From positions 5,022,714 through 5,086,713 of the forward strand of contig MU053379.1 of assembly GCA_013239625.1 (NCBI GenBank): a stretch of DNA of 64,000 bases, given 5' to 3'. The notes under the pieces were generated by a model. That model was not told the origin of the DNA. It did no database searches and was given only the letters and a program-made list of their open reading frames with translations. Source of the stretch: Lama guanicoe (Eukaryota). This document shows, in pieces, positions 62,627-64,000 of this stretch (position 1 is its first letter; each line of letters starts with the position of its first letter). The position numbers and the translations under genes are program-made.

Positions 62627-64000
62627 GTGAGTGCGGCTTGGCTGCCTCGGCCACCTGCAGCCTCGTTTGCACAGAGGCCAACCTTCTGCCGTCTCCCTCA
62701 CACTTGCGGGGGAAGACGTCCGAGGGGCCAGAGGCTGGGCTCTGCAAAGCTCTGAGGAAGGGTGAGCCTCTTCTGAGGCATCGGACAGCCAAGCAAAATG
62801 GTCAAGGCCGTCTGGGCGGAAATGCAGCCCCACCCTCTCCACTGGGCGAGGTGCACGTCTCCCTCAGTTCGGCGTTTCAGAATGGAAGGACAGCTCTCCA
62901 CGCAGCTGGAGAGTCGTTTGTTTAAACATGTGGAGTCCAGAAGCCAGAGAAAGCAGGGCCAGAGTTAGGATCAGAGTCTGTAAGAGGGAATTATCGCAGT
63001 CTGCGTGAAGCCCTCGACCTCAGCCGCGTTTGGGTCCTGCAGGTGTGCGCAGCCGTGCGAGCTCACCAGCGTTGTGCCTGAGCCCTGGGCACGCCACTGT
63101 GTGTATACTAACCTAAACATAAACGCATGGTGAGCACGTGCACGCTGCTTTGTCCTGGAGGGCCGTGCAGAAATCTGCAGCTTTGTGCCAAAAACTAACG
63201 GGTGGGTGGGCGGAGACGTGGTAAACCAGGCACACGGCCTAGGGTGCCGACTCGGCAGAGCCCAGGTGCCGCGGGTGGGGTGTCACCGCCAGTTTTCTGG
63301 CATTTCCGTGTGTTTGAAGGTGCTCGTGGTATGATGTCAGCCGAGAGAGGCCTGAGCAAAAGCAAAAAGAGACAAAATGCTTGTACCATCGCTGAACCTA
63401 CAGAAACGCTCCCTCCAGCCTTGAAGAGAGGAGAGCACTTTCCCTCCGGTGCCTCCCGGGTGACTTTGCTCGCGGTCGTGTGTGCGCCTCGGCTGCGCCC
63501 CAGCCTTGCACGTGGGGCTTGGCCCTTCCTGGCTCTTCTGCAGTGAGACAGCGGGTGTGTTTACGAGACAGACTGAGGTTCCTCCCGCCGGGGGGTGTTA
63601 GGTCACAGGGAGGAAGGTTTTGGTTTTCTGTCCGTCAGTCTGTTTGGCCACAGACACTTCTTTCTTCTGGTTCCTTATTCCTGTACCTCTCGCCATCCTG
63701 CTTAACAATTTAAAGGCAGTCCTCAGATGACAAGCGAGTGGTAAACTTGCCCCCGTCCCTCCCCGTTGTCCAGGGAGCCAGGCAGGCAGTGAGTGTGGCT
63801 GTAGCACATGGAAGCATGGTCCCTAAGCAGCCTTGGTGGCCAGACTGCCTGTCACGAGGGGTCTCTGGAGGGGACACCCCATGCTTCTTGGATCTGGGAA
63901 GTGCTGCTTCTGCAGGCAACTAACTCACTGGCCTGCTCTGGTGAGACAGCCAGGCTGGGATGCTGGTGTCTCATCGCATCCAGGGACAGGCCACCGGGAA

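Overview
This is mammalian genomic DNA, very probably camelid (alpaca/camel), judged from several tRNA-derived Vic-1-type SINEs. It carries the conserved ENTPD6-PYGB gene pair on the + strand. ENTPD6 is complete: a CpG-island promoter with a non-coding exon 1 near 13.6 kb, 13 coding exons from 23309 to 36205 that splice phase-consistently to 1371 nt (456 aa), and a poly(A) signal at 36892. PYGB is present as its CpG-island promoter and exons 1-4 (45316-62626) and continues past the window. The remainder is a U6 snRNA retrocopy, nested LINE-1 fragments, LTRs, Tigger-family DNA transposons, microsatellites, a GC-rich minisatellite and a 74-N gap. Most short ORFs in the track are chance ORFs in GC-rich DNA or L1 remnants. 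I found no convincing new biological system. The best second-look items are a decayed homologue of human ENTPD6 coding exon 2, a strong AT-to-GC substitution bias in the U6 retrocopy, a splice-donor-containing minisatellite just after PYGB exon 1, a 342-codon intergenic ORF, and an unusual PYGB Q97H change. Repeat subfamily names and human/U6 reference sequences are recalled from memory, not searched.
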